A stretch of 64,000 nucleotides of DNA from the NCBI RefSeq assembly GCF_009914755.1, contig NC_060927.1; one strand, written 5' to 3'. Shown in pieces: positions 62,411-64,000 of this stretch. A program made the translations under genes and the position numbers. How positions within the stretch are numbered: the stretch's first letter is position 1; each line of letters begins with the position of its first letter. The stretch comes from the human T2T-CHM13v2.0 reference genome, Homo sapiens. The notes below the pieces were generated by a model, which saw nothing but the letters and a program-made list of their open reading frames with translations, was not told where the DNA came from and ran no database searches.

Positions 62411-63091
62411 GGTCAGGGCCCAGGCAGATGTCATGTGCCCCTGTTGTCCCCACGCAGGCCCACAGACGTCACAGGAGAATGATTTACAAGCCACTTGGGG
62501 CCTGCTGGCAGTGAGGGTTTACCCACCCCCCGCCCCAGCTTGCTCCAGTGCCGCCGTTTACGTCATGGGTACGTGGCCTGCAGTTCACGGATCTCCAGGC
62601 CCATCCTGTTGACTGCATACCCAGTGAGGCTTCGAGCCTGCCAGAGGTCAATACAGCCCAGCAGACTAAAGTCAGTTTTCCAAAAGGACTCTGGAATTCA
62701 GCAAAATGAATGGAAGGTCCTTTACAGCGTACTCACTCCACCATTGTACAGATGGCAGCACTGAGGCCCGGAGAGGCTCTGGAACTTGGGAGAAAGGCTC
62801 AGGCTAAGAGAAGCCAGGGACTCCTCACCCCCAGCCTGTGAGCTGCTGCAGATTAAGGGGTCATTGAAGATGGGCTAGTGGCCAAGGGAAAACCACCACA
62901 TCCAGGGCCACACCCGTCACCCCTCACCCTCATCCCAGTCAGGGCAGCAGCAGCATCTTCCTGTGCAAAACAAAATGCTCATCTCCTCCAAGAGCTGCTT
63001 CTGAGGGCCTGTCCTGCCCCTTGCCTTGGGTAATGAGGGACAGGCTGGCAGTGCCCTGCTCAGCTCTTCAGTCTGTCCAGGAAAGGCCAGG

Positions 63092-63172
63092 CTACCAGAG
63101 CTCCCTGGAGTGCCAGTGGCCAGGTAAGCGGTGCAGCCTCATGTCTTCTTTCTGGATGTGCTCGTAACAGGA
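63092..63172 (-). CDS. ALS2CL: ALS2CL final coding exon (SCYEHIQKEDMRLHRLPGHWHSRELW*)
   Basis: Minus-strand acceptor ccctccag (AG at 63174-63173) and TAG at 63094-63092. In phase with the preceding exon. Recognised C-terminus of ALS2CL. Confidence 0.93.
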   Translation of the reverse strand, partial: SCYEHIQKEDMRLHRLPGHWHSRELW

Positions 63173-63595
63173 CTGGAGGGAGAGAGGCAAGGCTGAGGCC
63201 AGTTGACCTGCCTGATCCCAACCACATGCACAGGATCTAGGGCTCAATAGCTGTGTGCACCCACCTCCCAACCCAGAGGAGGCGTGTCTCCAACTCAGCC
63301 CTCAGCCACAGTCTGCGAGGAAAATGGGGCCCTTCCTCTCCCACTGTGCTTGGGAATGCAGCATGGAGCAATCATGGCCCCAGGGTCCCCAGGGCTGGGA
63401 TGCACTGTGGGACCCCTCCCTGGCTCCTTTAATAAGAGCAGGATCAGGGACACTGTGAGGACCCTTCCCAGAGTCACACATGAGCTGTGAATTTGAGCTC
63501 CCTCCCACTATGGTGTTATGATGTCTGGGAAGGGAAAAGGGTCTGCCCCAGGGGCCAGGGCATTTCCACCTCGGTCCACAGCCCCTGTCCCTTAC

Positions 63596-63692
63596 CTCCA
63601 GGGCTGTGAGCAGGAAGTCATACAGGCCTCCTGTGTGGTTGGGGTCCATCATGTCACGGATCAGGTGGATCTCGGCTCCCAGGTGCTGAATT
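63596..63692 (-). CDS. ALS2CL: ALS2CL penultimate coding exon (R-IQHLGAEIHLIRDMMDPNHTGGLYDFLLTALE), VPS9 domain end
   Basis: Acceptor gttctccag and donor gtaagg bound a 97-nt exon. The peptide resembles the VPS9-domain C-terminal helices of the alsin family. Confidence 0.93.
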
Positions 63693-63991
63693 CTGGAGAA
63701 CACCGCCCCACCAAGAGAGTGAGGGAGACAAGGAGAAGAGGCCTGTCGCGGACAGGCAGCTGGGGAAGGAGCGCTGGCCTGGATGGCTGGACACCTGGGG
63801 TGTGGTCCTCACTCTACCTCTAGCACCCCAGCACCCTGGCTGGGACCCTCCCTTTTCTGGGCCTTGGCTTCCCCATCTGTACAGAGAGAAGCTGCATCCA
63901 TAAACCCTGGGGTTCAGAGGTATCAGAAGATATCGTGGTTGGGGGTGGGACCCTGCCCCTGCCCTGCACCCCCAGCTCCTGACTGCCTCAC

Positions 63992-64000
63992 CGGGCGCGC
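63992..64000 (-). CDS. ALS2CL: 3' end of the upstream ALS2CL exon (..RAR), truncated by the window edge
   Basis: Minus strand reads G CGC GCC CG|gtgag. The phase-2 CG+A join gives Arg and continues into IQHLG. Confidence 0.8.

Overview
Primate genomic DNA, most likely human chr3p21.31, rich in Alu, L1 and LTR elements. No prokaryotic features such as CRISPR arrays or operons are present. Two protein-coding genes are recognisable. FAM240A is complete on the + strand: three coding exons (4767-4781, 9277-9422, 17222-17312) splice to an 83-aa protein. The 3' end of ALS2CL lies on the - strand: the last three coding exons encoding the VPS9-domain end, plus the 3' UTR. The ~45-kb interval between them holds a fragmented vomeronasal type-2 receptor (V2R) pseudogene (exon-1-like relic at ~26.6 kb, full exon-3-like relic at 35.6-36.4 kb). 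It also holds three class-III (ERVL-like) retroviral relics: one with a recognisable env TM/immunosuppressive domain and one with a Lys-like PBS and integrase. Other elements include several solo LTRs, two MER1A and one MER3 DNA-transposon fossils, and a tailless 5S rRNA retrocopy. Several template-switch or templated-insertion scars are also visible: an inverted ~255-bp copy with a fold-back junction, a perfect 53-bp dispersed duplication, and an Alu-ERVL deletion junction. Gene identities and repeat subfamily names are from recognition and memory, not a database search. Almost all ORFs in the supplied track are spurious.
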